IMG/VR virus record: IMGVR_UViG_3300032282_006037
Span: 9,609-73,608 of that record
Length of the DNA stretch: 64,000 bases
Reading direction: 5' to 3' (one strand)
Source: a virus
Lineage: Duplodnaviria; Caudoviricetes
The notes under the pieces were generated by a model. It was not told where the DNA came from and searched no databases. It saw only the letters and a list, made by a program, of their open reading frames with translations. Positions 19,327 through 28,697 of the stretch are shown here, piece after piece (positions within the stretch are counted from its first letter, which is position 1; each line of letters begins with the position of its first letter). Made by a program: the position numbers and the translations under genes.

Positions 19327-19335
19327 GTGTATAAT
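19327..19335 (+). promoter_or_regulatory. GTGTA-type phage promoter upstream of nrdJ
   Basis: GTGTATAAT; the GTGTA core ends 14 nt before the ATG. It also reads as an extended -10. Confidence 0.55.
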
Positions 19336-19345
19336 TGTTTTTATC

Positions 19346-21325
19346 ATGAGCGACTTAAATATTCTTTCTGAATCCTTTCTTTCCAAATACAAGAATAAAC
19401 AGCCCAACTGGGGTTTTAATGGTCTCGGTTATATAGTATATAAGAGAACCTATGCTCGATTAAAAGACGACGGCAATACTGAAGAGTGGTGGGAAACAGT
19501 CGCTCGCTGTATTAATGGCGCTCAAAAAATCGGCGCTCAATATTCTCAAGAAGAAGCTGAAAGAATTTATGATTATGTTTTTAATCTAAAGTGTAATTTT
19601 GCGGGTAGAATGCTTTGGCAGCTTGGGACTTCAACCGTTGATCGATTTGGAGCTAATTCTCTTCTCAACTGCTGGGCAACAGCAATGCGTGAGCCAAAAG
19701 CGTTTCTTTTCCTTTTTGAAAATCTAATGCTTGGTGGTGGTGTAGGTTATAGTATTCGTCGCGAAGACGTTCATGAGCTTCCCAAGATTAAGAAGGGAGT
19801 TGTTGTTTCTCATGAAGCTACTAAAGATGCAGATTTTATTGTTCCTGATTCGCGAGAAGGTTGGGTTAAGTTGCTAGCTAATGTTCTTGATGCTTTTTAT
19901 GTAAATGGAAAGTCTTTTACATATTCTACTATTTTAATTCGCGGTTATGGAGAACTCATCAGAGGATTCGGTGGAAAAGCAAGCGGACCACAAATTCTTA
20001 TTGATGGAATTGAAAAGATCACAAAGATTTTCCAGAGTAGAGAAGGTAAAAAACTTCGTTCTATTGATGTACTTGATATTTGCAATATTATTGGAAGTGT
20101 TGTGGTTGCTGGTAATGTAAGACGTTCAGCAGAAATCGCTCTCGGAGATCCCGATGATATTCTATATCTCCGCGCTAAAAACTGGAGTTCTGGTAACGTT
20201 CCAAATTGGCGAGCGATGAGTAATAATACTATTTATGCTGATAACTTTGATCACATCATGGAAGAGGTATGGAAGAATGGTTATGAAATAAACAAGCAAA
20301 CAGGATATGCCAATGGTGAGCCTTATGGTTTATTTAATCTTCCTCTTTCTCAAAAGTATGGTCGTATTGTTGATGGCCCTATTAGCGAATCAAAACTATA
20401 CCCAACAGATGTAGATAACTGCGAAATGACTAATCCATGCGCTGAAATTAGTCTTTCCAATTATGAATGCTGCAATCTTTGTGAATTATATTTAAATAAT
20501 ATTCAATCAAAAGAAGAATTAATCGACTGCGCAAAACTACTTTATAAGACACAAAAAGCTATCGCTGCACTTCCATTTATTCATGAAGAAACAAATCGTA
20601 TCGTTCATAAAAACATGCGTCTCGGTCTTGGCGTTACTGGTGTTTGCCAGTCTCTTGATAAGCTCGATTGGCTTGATGATTGTTATGTTGCTTTGCGTAA
20701 GTTTGATAAGCAGTGGAGTAAAGAAATAGGATGGCCCGAAAGCATTAAGCTTACCACGGTTAAGCCTAGCGGAACATTAAGTTTGCTTGGTGGAGCTACT
20801 CCGGGTGTTCATCCTGCATACAGTCAGTATTATATGCGCACTGTTCGCATGTCTAGCTCTGATGCTCTTGTTCAGATCTGCAAAGATATGGGATATCATG
20901 TTGAGTATCTAATTAATTTCGATGGTACAGAAAATCATGACACTGTTGTTGTTTATTTTCCATGTGAAACTCCATCAGGATCAATTCTTGCGAAAGATAT
21001 GGATGTAATTAAACAGCTTGATATGGTTAAGAAGCTTCAAACTGTTTGGTCTGATAATGCTGTATCAGTTACTGCATATTATAAGGAAGAAGAACTTGCC
21101 GCTCTACAAAACTGGCTAAAAGATAATTATGAAAAGAATATAAAGAGCGTTAGCTTCTTGCTGTTTAAGAATCACGGCTTCAAGCAAGCTCCATATCAAG
21201 AAATTGACGAAAAGTCGTATTTAGCCGCCAAGGCTAAAGTTAAGCCATTGAGTGCTTTATCTATCAATTCTAACGAAATGTTAGATATGGCAGAATGCGC
21301 AGCTGGAATATGTCCAATTAGATAA
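19346..21325 (+). CDS. nrdJ: class II (B12-dependent) ribonucleotide reductase
   Basis: GNVRRSAEI, TNPCAEI and TVKPSGT motifs; C-terminal CAAGICPIR redox pair. No intein visible. Confidence 0.92.
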   Translation: MSDLNILSESFLSKYKNKQPNWGFNGLGYIVYKRTYARLKDDGNTEEWWETVARCINGAQKIGAQYSQEEAERIYDYVFNLKCNFAGRMLWQLGTSTVDRFGANSLLNCWATAMREPKAFLFLFENLMLGGGVGYSIRREDVHELPKIKKGVVVSHEATKDADFIVPDSREGWVKLLANVLDAFYVNGKSFTYSTILIRGYGELIRGFGGKASGPQILIDGIEKITKIFQSREGKKLRSIDVLDICNIIGSVVVAGNVRRSAEIALGDPDDILYLRAKNWSSGNVPNWRAMSNNTIYADNFDHIMEEVWKNGYEINKQTGYANGEPYGLFNLPLSQKYGRIVDGPISESKLYPTDVDNCEMTNPCAEISLSNYECCNLCELYLNNIQSKEELIDCAKLLYKTQKAIAALPFIHEETNRIVHKNMRLGLGVTGVCQSLDKLDWLDDCYVALRKFDKQWSKEIGWPESIKLTTVKPSGTLSLLGGATPGVHPAYSQYYMRTVRMSSSDALVQICKDMGYHVEYLINFDGTENHDTVVVYFPCETPSGSILAKDMDVIKQLDMVKKLQTVWSDNAVSVTAYYKEEELAALQNWLKDNYEKNIKSVSFLLFKNHGFKQAPYQEIDEKSYLAAKAKVKPLSALSINSNEMLDMAECAAGICPIR

Positions 21326-21330
21326 TCAAA

Positions 21331-21359
21331 GAGCCGCCGAAAGGCGGCTTTAATTTTTT
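21331..21359 (+). terminator. intrinsic terminator
   Basis: gagccgcc-gaaa-ggcggctt followed by a T-rich tract. Confidence 0.85.
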
Positions 21360-21393
21360 CTAGGTGTTGCTATTATAGTGTATAAATCTTTAT

Positions 21394-21684
21394 ATGGATC
21401 TCATTTTAGATTTTTCTGATAAAATTGTCGCTTATCAATCAAAATATGGAGGCAAGAAACGCAGTCAATTAAAAGATAGTGATTTTTTATTTCCTGCTAC
21501 TCGCAGCTTTCCTATTGTAAGTCCTCAAGATGTTCGTGATGCAATTAGTAATTTTGGTAGAATGAAAAACCCAATGAATTATGATCAATTCATAAAGAAA
21601 CTTTATCAAAAAGCAAAAAGCAAAGGTAAAGATTTTGTTGATGCTATTCCTGAATCTACAAAAAAAGAACATAAATTATCCTAA
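21394..21684 (+). CDS. small phage protein, putative head-internal module
   Basis: DSDFLFP..RSFPI...DVRDA module, GTGTA motif at 21378, and the shared N-terminal motif. Confidence 0.6.
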   Translation: MDLILDFSDKIVAYQSKYGGKKRSQLKDSDFLFPATRSFPIVSPQDVRDAISNFGRMKNPMNYDQFIKKLYQKAKSKGKDFVDAIPESTKKEHKLS

Positions 21685-22157
21685 TGAATATTTTAATAGA
21701 TTTATCGAATCTAATTGCAAAAAAAAGACAAGGGCCTAAAAGCTCCGCTCAAACTCCAGCAAAACCAGAAGAAAAGAAAAAAGGTTCTAAAATAAACGAA
21801 CCGGGTTCTGCTGGAACTACTCCTGATGCTAAAGAAAGAGCTAAAGAAGTGCTGAAAAGAAAAGATGAAAAACGATTAGTCAGTAAAGCTGAAATTACAT
21901 TTAGTGAAAAAGTGACTAATGCATTAAAAGAAAAAGTAAAAAATCATAACGCCAAATACTCTAAAAAAGTAACATTATCACAGTTAAAAAAAGTTTACAG
22001 AAGAGGATTAGGAGCATTTAGTTCTAGTCATCGCCCCGATCAATCAAGATCTTCTTGGGCTTTCGCGAGGGTGAATATGTTTTTAAAAATGCAAAGTGGA
22101 GGAAAAGTAAAAGATGCTTATCGTCGCGCAGATCAAGATATCGCAAATAGTAAATAA
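21684..22157 (+). CDS. basic phage protein, putative head-internal module
   Basis: VYRRGLGA...HRP...WAFARVN module; Lys-rich; carries the shared N-terminal motif. Confidence 0.6.
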   Translation: MNILIDLSNLIAKKRQGPKSSAQTPAKPEEKKKGSKINEPGSAGTTPDAKERAKEVLKRKDEKRLVSKAEITFSEKVTNALKEKVKNHNAKYSKKVTLSQLKKVYRRGLGAFSSSHRPDQSRSSWAFARVNMFLKMQSGGKVKDAYRRADQDIANSK

Positions 22158-22160
22158 TTT

Positions 22161-22301
22161 ATGAAATACACAACAACAGCAGTATCTGGACCCGGATCAG
22201 GACCAACAACCGGCCCAGCTAAACCTAAAACAAAAAAGAAACCTAGCACAACAACAGGTCCAGCAACCGGACCAAATGCTCCAACAGGTCCCCAAAAATA
22301 A
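22161..22301 (+). CDS. 46-aa Thr/Gly/Pro/Lys low-complexity peptide (not in ORF track)
   Basis: MKYTTTAVSGPGSGPTTGPAKPKTKKKPSTTTGPATGPNAPTGPQK*; fills the gap in the operon. Confidence 0.55.
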   Translation: MKYTTTAVSGPGSGPTTGPAKPKTKKKPSTTTGPATGPNAPTGPQK

Positions 22302-22306
22302 CAATC

Positions 22307-22444
22307 ATGAATGATAAAGTTGTAGATATTTATCATTTTGATGATTTTGATGAAGAAGATTTTGCGGCAGCTTTTTCTGATTTAAAAGAATTTGGTGTAA
22401 ATGATGATGAATTAAATTTAAATTATATAGAAGTAGAGGAATAA
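22307..22444 (+). CDS. 45-aa highly acidic peptide (not in ORF track)
   Basis: MNDKVVDIYHFDDFDEEDFAAAFSDLKEFGVNDDELNLNYIEVEE*; its stop abuts the next ATG. Confidence 0.6.
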   Translation: MNDKVVDIYHFDDFDEEDFAAAFSDLKEFGVNDDELNLNYIEVEE

Positions 22445-22810
22445 ATGAATATCGTAACTAAGCTTCTAACATATCAAAATCAAGTTAAAATTTTGCATTG
22501 GCAAACAACGTCATACTCTGAACATAAATCATTAGGTGATTTATATGATGGTCTTTCTGGACATATCGATCAATTTGTTGAAGTATTTATGGGTAAATAT
22601 GGCAGAATTGTAAGCCCATCAACATTTAATTTAATTCTTGAAAATTATAAAAATTTAGGTCCAATGTCTCTCATGAATGAGATGGAAACATATTTGGTAA
22701 ACGATGTGCCAACAATGTTAGACGCTAAGAAAGATACTGACTTGTTAAATATTAGAGATGAAATGTTAGCTGATGTAAATAAAACCAAGTATCTATTAAC
22801 TTTAAAGTAA
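22445..22810 (+). CDS. ferritin/Dps-like four-helix protein (DUF5856-like)
   Basis: HWQT.SYSEH..L..LY.....D.FVE...G and NIRDE......YLLTL motifs. Confidence 0.75.
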   Translation: MNIVTKLLTYQNQVKILHWQTTSYSEHKSLGDLYDGLSGHIDQFVEVFMGKYGRIVSPSTFNLILENYKNLGPMSLMNEMETYLVNDVPTMLDAKKDTDLLNIRDEMLADVNKTKYLLTLK

Positions 22811-23395
22811 TTTATAATTGGGATATTTCTTAGATAAAGCTTTTGCTAAAATAGCATGATGATTAGAGTTATGTTGTAAAGCTGCATGTCTGAGTGAGTT
22901 ATAAACAACTCCATCTATTTCAATTTTTGTACCTCTTGTTTGACTCATCTTAAGTTTGGTTTCATTTGAATGAGTTAAACCAAACATTGGACCATTTGGA
23001 TATTTTGTTTTGGCATTTTTTCTTCTTTTGTCTTTTAAATTTTTACAACAAGCAGCTTTTCTTGTGTTTTCGAGTTGCTTTTTTCTTATTTGTTCCTTAA
23101 AAGGATGATTAGAAATCATATCTCCACCAGAAGCGTTTTTATTAATATTAAAAGCAGGTTTAAGCGTGTCTAAATAATATTGTTCTTTTTTCTTAACGTC
23201 GTCACATAATTCTATTATTTCTAACCATAAAGTTTCTTCACCATATTTATTGAAATGTTGCTGCAACCAATAGTTTGAATGATTATTGTTTTTTAATTGA
23301 GACAAATGCCTATTCCATCTTTTTTTAATATTGATAGAACTTCCTATATAAAAATCATTATTGATTTTGTTTTTTATTTTATAAACGCCTTTCAT
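22802..23395 (-). mobile_element. free-standing GIY-YIG homing endonuclease gene
   Basis: GVYKI.N..N..FYIGSS..R..H, EQYY, and NUMOD3-like HSNETKLKMS motifs. Antisense to its neighbours. Confidence 0.85.
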
Positions 23396-23460
23396 ATTTT
23401 ATTTTTACACGAAGATGCAAAATATGGGATTTCACTTTTTCAAAAAAAGTGTAATAATAT

Positions 23461-24330
23461 ATGTTAATGAATGTATATATTAATTTAAGCTCTGAAATAC
23501 AAGGAGCAAAATTAAAAAAAGTATTAAATAAACCTTTTCGTACTCCCAAAGGACCGAAAAAATTTTCTGTTTATGTCAAAAATGACAAAGGAAATGTTGT
23601 TAAAGTAAATTTTGGTGATCCTAATATGGAAATCAAACGCGACGATCCGGCTCGTCGTAAGAGTTTTCGCGCTCGTCATCAATGCGACACAAATCCTGGA
23701 CCTCGATGGAAAGCAAAATACTGGAGCTGTAAATTTTGGCAAAGCAAAAAATCTGTTTCTGATTATCTTTCAAACGGTTGCATCAATGATATTATTCATC
23801 AATGGGATGGCGAAACATTATGGGATCAAGAAGATTTATTGAAGTTGATGCCATCTTTGGCTCAAGCTCCTGAAATAACAGAAGAAATAGAAGAAAATAA
23901 TTCTGAATTGATTGAAGAAAGTTATGAAATGGCTTTAGGTCAATTAGCTTATATTTCAGATTATTCAAAAGATTTACTCGAAAAACTCAGAGCAAATCCA
24001 TCATATGCTTCTAAATTAGAACCTTGGGTGCAAAGCAAAATTACATTGATGGAAGATTATTTATTTGCCGTACATAACTATATTATATATTCTCAAGAAG
24101 GCGGCGCACACGAAAACAAAAACATGCAAGAAGGTATGCGTGTTTTAAATGTTAATGCTAGCTGCAAACATTTTGGTAGTGAAGGCATTATTAAACAAAT
24201 TAAAAACTTAGACAACGACATGGGTCAAGTAATTGCATACGAAGTCACTAACAATGGATCTAATTTTAAAGAAGGTGATATTTTAACAAAAACCATCGAT
24301 CAATTAAATTTATTAGAAGGTACAAAATAA
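23461..24330 (+). CDS. modular phage protein, putative head-internal protein
   Basis: Modules KVNFGDP...RRKSFRARHQC...YWSC, LEPWVQSKIT and CKHFGSEG. GTGTA motif at 23449. Likely start is Met 23467. Confidence 0.6.
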   Translation: MLMNVYINLSSEIQGAKLKKVLNKPFRTPKGPKKFSVYVKNDKGNVVKVNFGDPNMEIKRDDPARRKSFRARHQCDTNPGPRWKAKYWSCKFWQSKKSVSDYLSNGCINDIIHQWDGETLWDQEDLLKLMPSLAQAPEITEEIEENNSELIEESYEMALGQLAYISDYSKDLLEKLRANPSYASKLEPWVQSKITLMEDYLFAVHNYIIYSQEGGAHENKNMQEGMRVLNVNASCKHFGSEGIIKQIKNLDNDMGQVIAYEVTNNGSNFKEGDILTKTIDQLNLLEGTK

Positions 24331-24942
24331 ATGAAAGCAAATTTAAAATTTAACAATAAACAATTTATCGCAGAAGTTTCACTTTCAAATGTTTTAGAAA
24401 CAGATGAAAATGAAATTCATGATGCATACATGAATGAATGTATGTCTAATGATGCTATGTTTGTAAATACTGCTGGTATGTGTACTAGCGATGCTAAATA
24501 TATGTGCGGTATGTCATATATGAAAAATCGCCCAATGCTTATGGAAGGCGCTGGCGAACTTACCGAAAAACAAATGGCTTTACCCGCTCCTATTAAAAAA
24601 GGCATTTTAAAGCGTTATGAAAAAGCCGGAACCCTTTCGGAAGAAGGCAAAAAACAATTAATGAGTTTTAGTTCAACCGTTGAAATCGAAGTTAAAGATG
24701 AAGAAGAAAATGAAAATGAATCTGGTGATGAAAGCGAAAATGGCGAAAATGAAAACATGGAGGAAATGCAAGCCGAACCAACCGCAGTTTTCGTTCAAGA
24801 ACCTGCTCCACCAAGCGGTAATATTACTCCAAAAGCTGCTGAAGAAGGTCTTAAGATAGACGAAAAGCTACAAAAACAACAAGAAGCAGCCGCTCCTAAA
24901 AATCCTCAGTTGCAGAGCCCCACATTCAATCCAAAAGTTTAA
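24331..24942 (+). CDS. acidic phage protein, hypothetical
   Basis: 203 aa ORF abutting the upstream gene; Glu-rich central region. Confidence 0.6.
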   Translation: MKANLKFNNKQFIAEVSLSNVLETDENEIHDAYMNECMSNDAMFVNTAGMCTSDAKYMCGMSYMKNRPMLMEGAGELTEKQMALPAPIKKGILKRYEKAGTLSEEGKKQLMSFSSTVEIEVKDEEENENESGDESENGENENMEEMQAEPTAVFVQEPAPPSGNITPKAAEEGLKIDEKLQKQQEAAAPKNPQLQSPTFNPKV

Positions 24943-24960
24943 TTATAACAGTTAATATAT

Positions 24961-24987
24961 AACCGCTGGGAAACCAGCGGTTTTTTT
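24961..24987 (+). terminator. intrinsic terminator
   Basis: aaccgctgg-gaaa-ccagcggtt followed by a T run. Confidence 0.85.
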
Positions 24988-24992
24988 GTATC

Positions 24993-25021
24993 TTGACATC
25001 TCAATCGTTCTCTGTTATCGT
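24993..25021 (+). promoter_or_regulatory. sigma70-like promoter (leaderless) for the recA operon
   Basis: TTGACA-17 nt-TATCGT with a TG extension; ATG at 25028. Confidence 0.65.
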
Positions 25022-25027
25022 TGTTGT

Positions 25028-25348
25028 ATGAATAAAAGACAGTTGTTACAAAAACTGTTGTTTGCGCCTAATAAAAAGAATCCAAAATTTTGGCAGAAAC
25101 AATATTCTTTATTAAATAAATTACTTAAAGATTTTCCCGATATGAAATTCTGGGAAACTCATGAGTTTGATAAAGTAAATTGTTTAACATTATTTCTAGC
25201 TGAAAGAAAGTATGAGATAGCAGATAAATATAAATGGTTTCTTTTTCAACCTGAATTTAAGAATCCAGAAATAAACATAGGCGATAAAACAGGTGATGAT
25301 TATAATATAGAAAGCAAACCAAAAACAATTAAGCAATTTTTAAAATGA
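25028..25348 (+). CDS. hypothetical protein
   Basis: ORF with ATG directly after the promoter; its stop overlaps the recA start. Confidence 0.6.
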   Translation: MNKRQLLQKLLFAPNKKNPKFWQKQYSLLNKLLKDFPDMKFWETHEFDKVNCLTLFLAERKYEIADKYKWFLFQPEFKNPEINIGDKTGDDYNIESKPKTIKQFLK

Positions 25349-26520
25349 GTAGAAAATCAAAAGACGAATCAACTGAAGCAGCAAGCATTTTAACTTCTCA
25401 AGAACAGCTTAAAAGCTTTCTTAAGCAGAATAAAGAGTCTCATTATAATTTTGAAGAGACGATAGATTATCGCGTATCTAGCGGTAGTTTAATTTTTGAT
25501 TATAAACTAGGTGGAGGTTTAGGCACTGGTTTGCATCGTTTTGTAGGTATGAATGAAGGCGGTAAAACTAGTTGCGCTTTGCAATTCATGAAGAATTTTC
25601 TAGATACTCAAAAAGACGGTAAAGGTTTTTATATTAAAGCTGAAGGACGATTGAGTAAGGAAATGATTGAAAGATCGGGCGTTAAGTTTGTTTTCTCAGA
25701 AGATGAATGGGTAAAAGGTACATGTTTTGTATTTGAATCTAATATTTATGAAACTGTATTTGATGCGCTCAGACTTCTAGTTGGAAAAAATGATGAAAAG
25801 AATAGATATTTCTTTTTACTAGATTCCGTAGATGGTCTTATCAGAAAAGGTGATTTAGATAAAACTTTTGAAGAATCTCAAAAGGTCGCTGGCGGAGCCG
25901 TTATTGCTGCTGATTTAATGAAGCGCATGTCTATTTCGCTTCAAAAGCGTGGACATATGTGCATATTTATTTCGCAGGTTCGTGCAGATATAAAGCTAGA
26001 TCCATACAGCAAAGCTCCAATTCGTCAAACTAGCGCAACTGGCGGTAATGCATTATTGCATTTTGCAAATTGGATTATTGAATTTGAACCTCGTTTTAAA
26101 GGCGATCTGATTCTACAAGATGAAAAAGCTAACTATGATGAATATAAGAATCCTTATATTGGTCATGTTGTAAAAATAACAGTTAAAAAGTCAACTAACG
26201 AAAAGACAAATTCTGTTATTAAATATCCAATTAGATACGGTCGCAAAAATGGAACATCAAATTGGATAGAGAAGGAGATATTTGATTTTCTATTAATGTG
26301 GAATTTTGCTGAACAAAAAGGAGCTTGGATCAATTTTGAAGAAGATTTTTTAAATATTCTTAAGGATGCGGGTTTTACAGATTTTCCTGAAAAGATTCAA
26401 GGATCTGCAAAATTTGAAAACCTCATGAATGATAATGAAGCTTTGAAGAAGTTTTTGTTTAAATATATCAGTGAAAATCTACTAAGTTTTGGCGATGGAA
26501 TTTCTGACACTGACCAATAA
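25345..26520 (+). CDS. recA: RecA/UvsX-like recombinase
   Basis: Walker A GMNEGGKTS, Walker B LLDSV, FISQVR and TGGNAL.H motifs. Confidence 0.85.
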   Translation: MSRKSKDESTEAASILTSQEQLKSFLKQNKESHYNFEETIDYRVSSGSLIFDYKLGGGLGTGLHRFVGMNEGGKTSCALQFMKNFLDTQKDGKGFYIKAEGRLSKEMIERSGVKFVFSEDEWVKGTCFVFESNIYETVFDALRLLVGKNDEKNRYFFLLDSVDGLIRKGDLDKTFEESQKVAGGAVIAADLMKRMSISLQKRGHMCIFISQVRADIKLDPYSKAPIRQTSATGGNALLHFANWIIEFEPRFKGDLILQDEKANYDEYKNPYIGHVVKITVKKSTNEKTNSVIKYPIRYGRKNGTSNWIEKEIFDFLLMWNFAEQKGAWINFEEDFLNILKDAGFTDFPEKIQGSAKFENLMNDNEALKKFLFKYISENLLSFGDGISDTDQ

Positions 26521-26902
26521 AAAGAAACGATGTAAAAATCTTAAACAATATATCATAGATTGGGATATAGATAGCAGAAGCAAGTTCCAAACCAGTGTTA
26601 AAAAGTTTGTTAAAAAATACTGGTTTGGAAATATTGTTTTTGAAGAGTTTCCAATTGTTGGTACACGTTTAACGTTAGATTTTTACAACGCTAATAAAAA
26701 AATTGCAATAGAAGTACAAGGAAGACAACATACACAATATGTTGAGTTCTTTCATCAAGATCGTATTAATTATTTGCACCAATTGAAGAGAGATCAAGCT
26801 AAAGAGAAGTTTTGTGAACTAAATAATATAAAACTTGTAACTATTTACGAAAACGATATAATAAATACATATCTATTTGAGTCTCAGGGTGTAATACTAT
26901 AA
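26489..26902 (+). CDS. Vsr/DUF559-like PD-(D/E)XK endonuclease
   Basis: LDFY....IAIEVQGRQH and RD..K..FC..N.I.L motifs. Confidence 0.75.
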   Translation: MAMEFLTLTNKKKRCKNLKQYIIDWDIDSRSKFQTSVKKFVKKYWFGNIVFEEFPIVGTRLTLDFYNANKKIAIEVQGRQHTQYVEFFHQDRINYLHQLKRDQAKEKFCELNNIKLVTIYENDIINTYLFESQGVIL

Positions 26903-26907
26903 TATAA

Positions 26908-27165
26908 ATGAAAAAACAATCGTCAGGTGAAGATTTTAAGAACTTTAAAATTCCAGATAATTATTTTAATAAATTATATGAGTTCACTGGATCTGATGAA
27001 TCTTCTAAAGGGTTTATTGTTGCATACGTGTCACAAGACGGTTGTCCTATGATTTATACAAAAGTTGCGAGTCCTCTTGTAGAAATGGGTTTAATTAAGG
27101 CTATAGAAAAATATTTAAACGAAATCGATAACGCTGAAGAATCTATTGACATGTCTGGAGATTGA
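26908..27165 (+). CDS. hypothetical protein
   Basis: 85 aa ORF preceded by a GTGTA motif at 26889. Confidence 0.65.
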   Translation: MKKQSSGEDFKNFKIPDNYFNKLYEFTGSDESSKGFIVAYVSQDGCPMIYTKVASPLVEMGLIKAIEKYLNEIDNAEESIDMSGD

Positions 27166-27174
27166 GGCTATACT
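27146..27174 (+). promoter_or_regulatory. sigma70-like promoter for dnaB
   Basis: TTGACA-17 nt-TATACT; ATG 8 nt downstream. Confidence 0.7.
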
Positions 27175-27182
27175 GCTTCAAA

Positions 27183-28697
27183 ATGATATACTCTTACGAT
27201 TTAGAGACGCAGTTGTTAGCTGGTTTGATTAAATACCCAGATAGATACAGTGAGATAGCTTCATTTATAACAGAAAAAGATTTTTGGAGTGAAAGTTCTA
27301 AAATTAATAGAACTATATTTTTAGTTTTACGTCAAGCGATTGAGAATGGAGAAAAAATAGATGAAGTTGTAATTTCTCAACGTGTTAAAAACTATGGTAT
27401 TAGTTTCGAGGATAATATAAATCCTTCTGACTATATTGAGTCTCTATCGCTTAAAAAGCTTTCTGCTGATTCTATTATTTCAGTAGCTAAAGAATTAAAG
27501 AAATATACTATTCGTCGAGAAATAGCTTTATGTGGTGCTGAAATAAATAAGAAGATGCGAGCTATATCAACTTCTGCTGATTATAGCTCGATCATTGAAG
27601 AAGCTGATAAACTATACAATCAACAAATTAATCTCTACGAAACTGGCACAGATCAGCCAGAAAATATTTTCGATGAGATGGAACAGTTGGTTGAAGAACG
27701 AGGAAACAATCCTGTTACAGAGTTTGGTTTTGCTGGTCCACATCCTAAGCTTCAGGATATGTATGGATCTTTGTTGAGGCCCGGAAATATAACTGTCATA
27801 GTTGCTCGTTCTGGTGTTGGTAAAACTCAATTCTGTTTGGATTTTACCACTAAGGTTTCTGAACAATATTCTGTGCCTGTTCTTCATTTTGATAATGGAG
27901 AAATGAGCAAAGAAGAATTAATCTTTAGACAGTGCGCCGCAATGTCTAAGGTTCCAATGTATTTGCTTGAAAGCGGAAACTGGAGAAAAGCTGGAACCGA
28001 AGTAGTAGAGAATGTTCGATCTGTCTGGAAAACTCTTAAGAACAGATATAAACATTTATATTATTACAATGTTGGTGGCATGACTGTTGATGCTCAAATA
28101 AGCGTGTTGAAGAGATTTTATTATTCTAAAATTGGTCGTGGTAATCCCATGATTTTTAGCTTCGATTATATTAAAACCACAACAGAAGCTAACAGTAATA
28201 AAACTGAATGGCAGTTGGTTGGTGAAATGGTTGATAAATATAAACGAACTATTCAAAGAGATATTAAATCTGATAAAGGTCCATGTATCTCAATGATGAC
28301 TTCTGTTCAATCTAATCGTGCTGGTATTGTTACAAATAAACAAGCAGCAAATATTACAGATGATGAAAGCATTGTTTCACTTTCTGATCGAATCACCCAG
28401 TTTTCATCGCACATGTTTATTCTTAGAAATAAAACATTTGATGAGCTGCAAAGTGAGCCGGGATTTGGAACTCATAAGCTAATTAATGTAAAAGCTCGCC
28501 ATCTAGGAAAAGATATTGCTGGCGCTATCAATCCAATAAAAATGGCAGACAACACATTAAAGAAGAACTTCGTAAATCTTGAAATTGCTAATTTCTGCGT
28601 TAACGAAAAAGGTGATTTGCGTGATATCGTTGATTCTTTGACTGCAACAGCAACCGTAGCTAAAGATGGAGGCGATGATGTACCAGAACTTGACTGA
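27183..28697 (+). CDS. dnaB: DnaB-like replicative helicase
   Basis: ARSGVGKT, EMS, FDYI and Q.NR motifs. Confidence 0.9.
   Translation: MIYSYDLETQLLAGLIKYPDRYSEIASFITEKDFWSESSKINRTIFLVLRQAIENGEKIDEVVISQRVKNYGISFEDNINPSDYIESLSLKKLSADSIISVAKELKKYTIRREIALCGAEINKKMRAISTSADYSSIIEEADKLYNQQINLYETGTDQPENIFDEMEQLVEERGNNPVTEFGFAGPHPKLQDMYGSLLRPGNITVIVARSGVGKTQFCLDFTTKVSEQYSVPVLHFDNGEMSKEELIFRQCAAMSKVPMYLLESGNWRKAGTEVVENVRSVWKTLKNRYKHLYYYNVGGMTVDAQISVLKRFYYSKIGRGNPMIFSFDYIKTTTEANSNKTEWQLVGEMVDKYKRTIQRDIKSDKGPCISMMTSVQSNRAGIVTNKQAANITDDESIVSLSDRITQFSSHMFILRNKTFDELQSEPGFGTHKLINVKARHLGKDIAGAINPIKMADNTLKKNFVNLEIANFCVNEKGDLRDIVDSLTATATVAKDGGDDVPELD

Noticed and set aside
22133-22336. Minus-strand 67-aa GPV-repeat ORF from the ORF track
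   Set aside because: It is the antisense shadow of the + strand TGP peptide, which fits the operon better.
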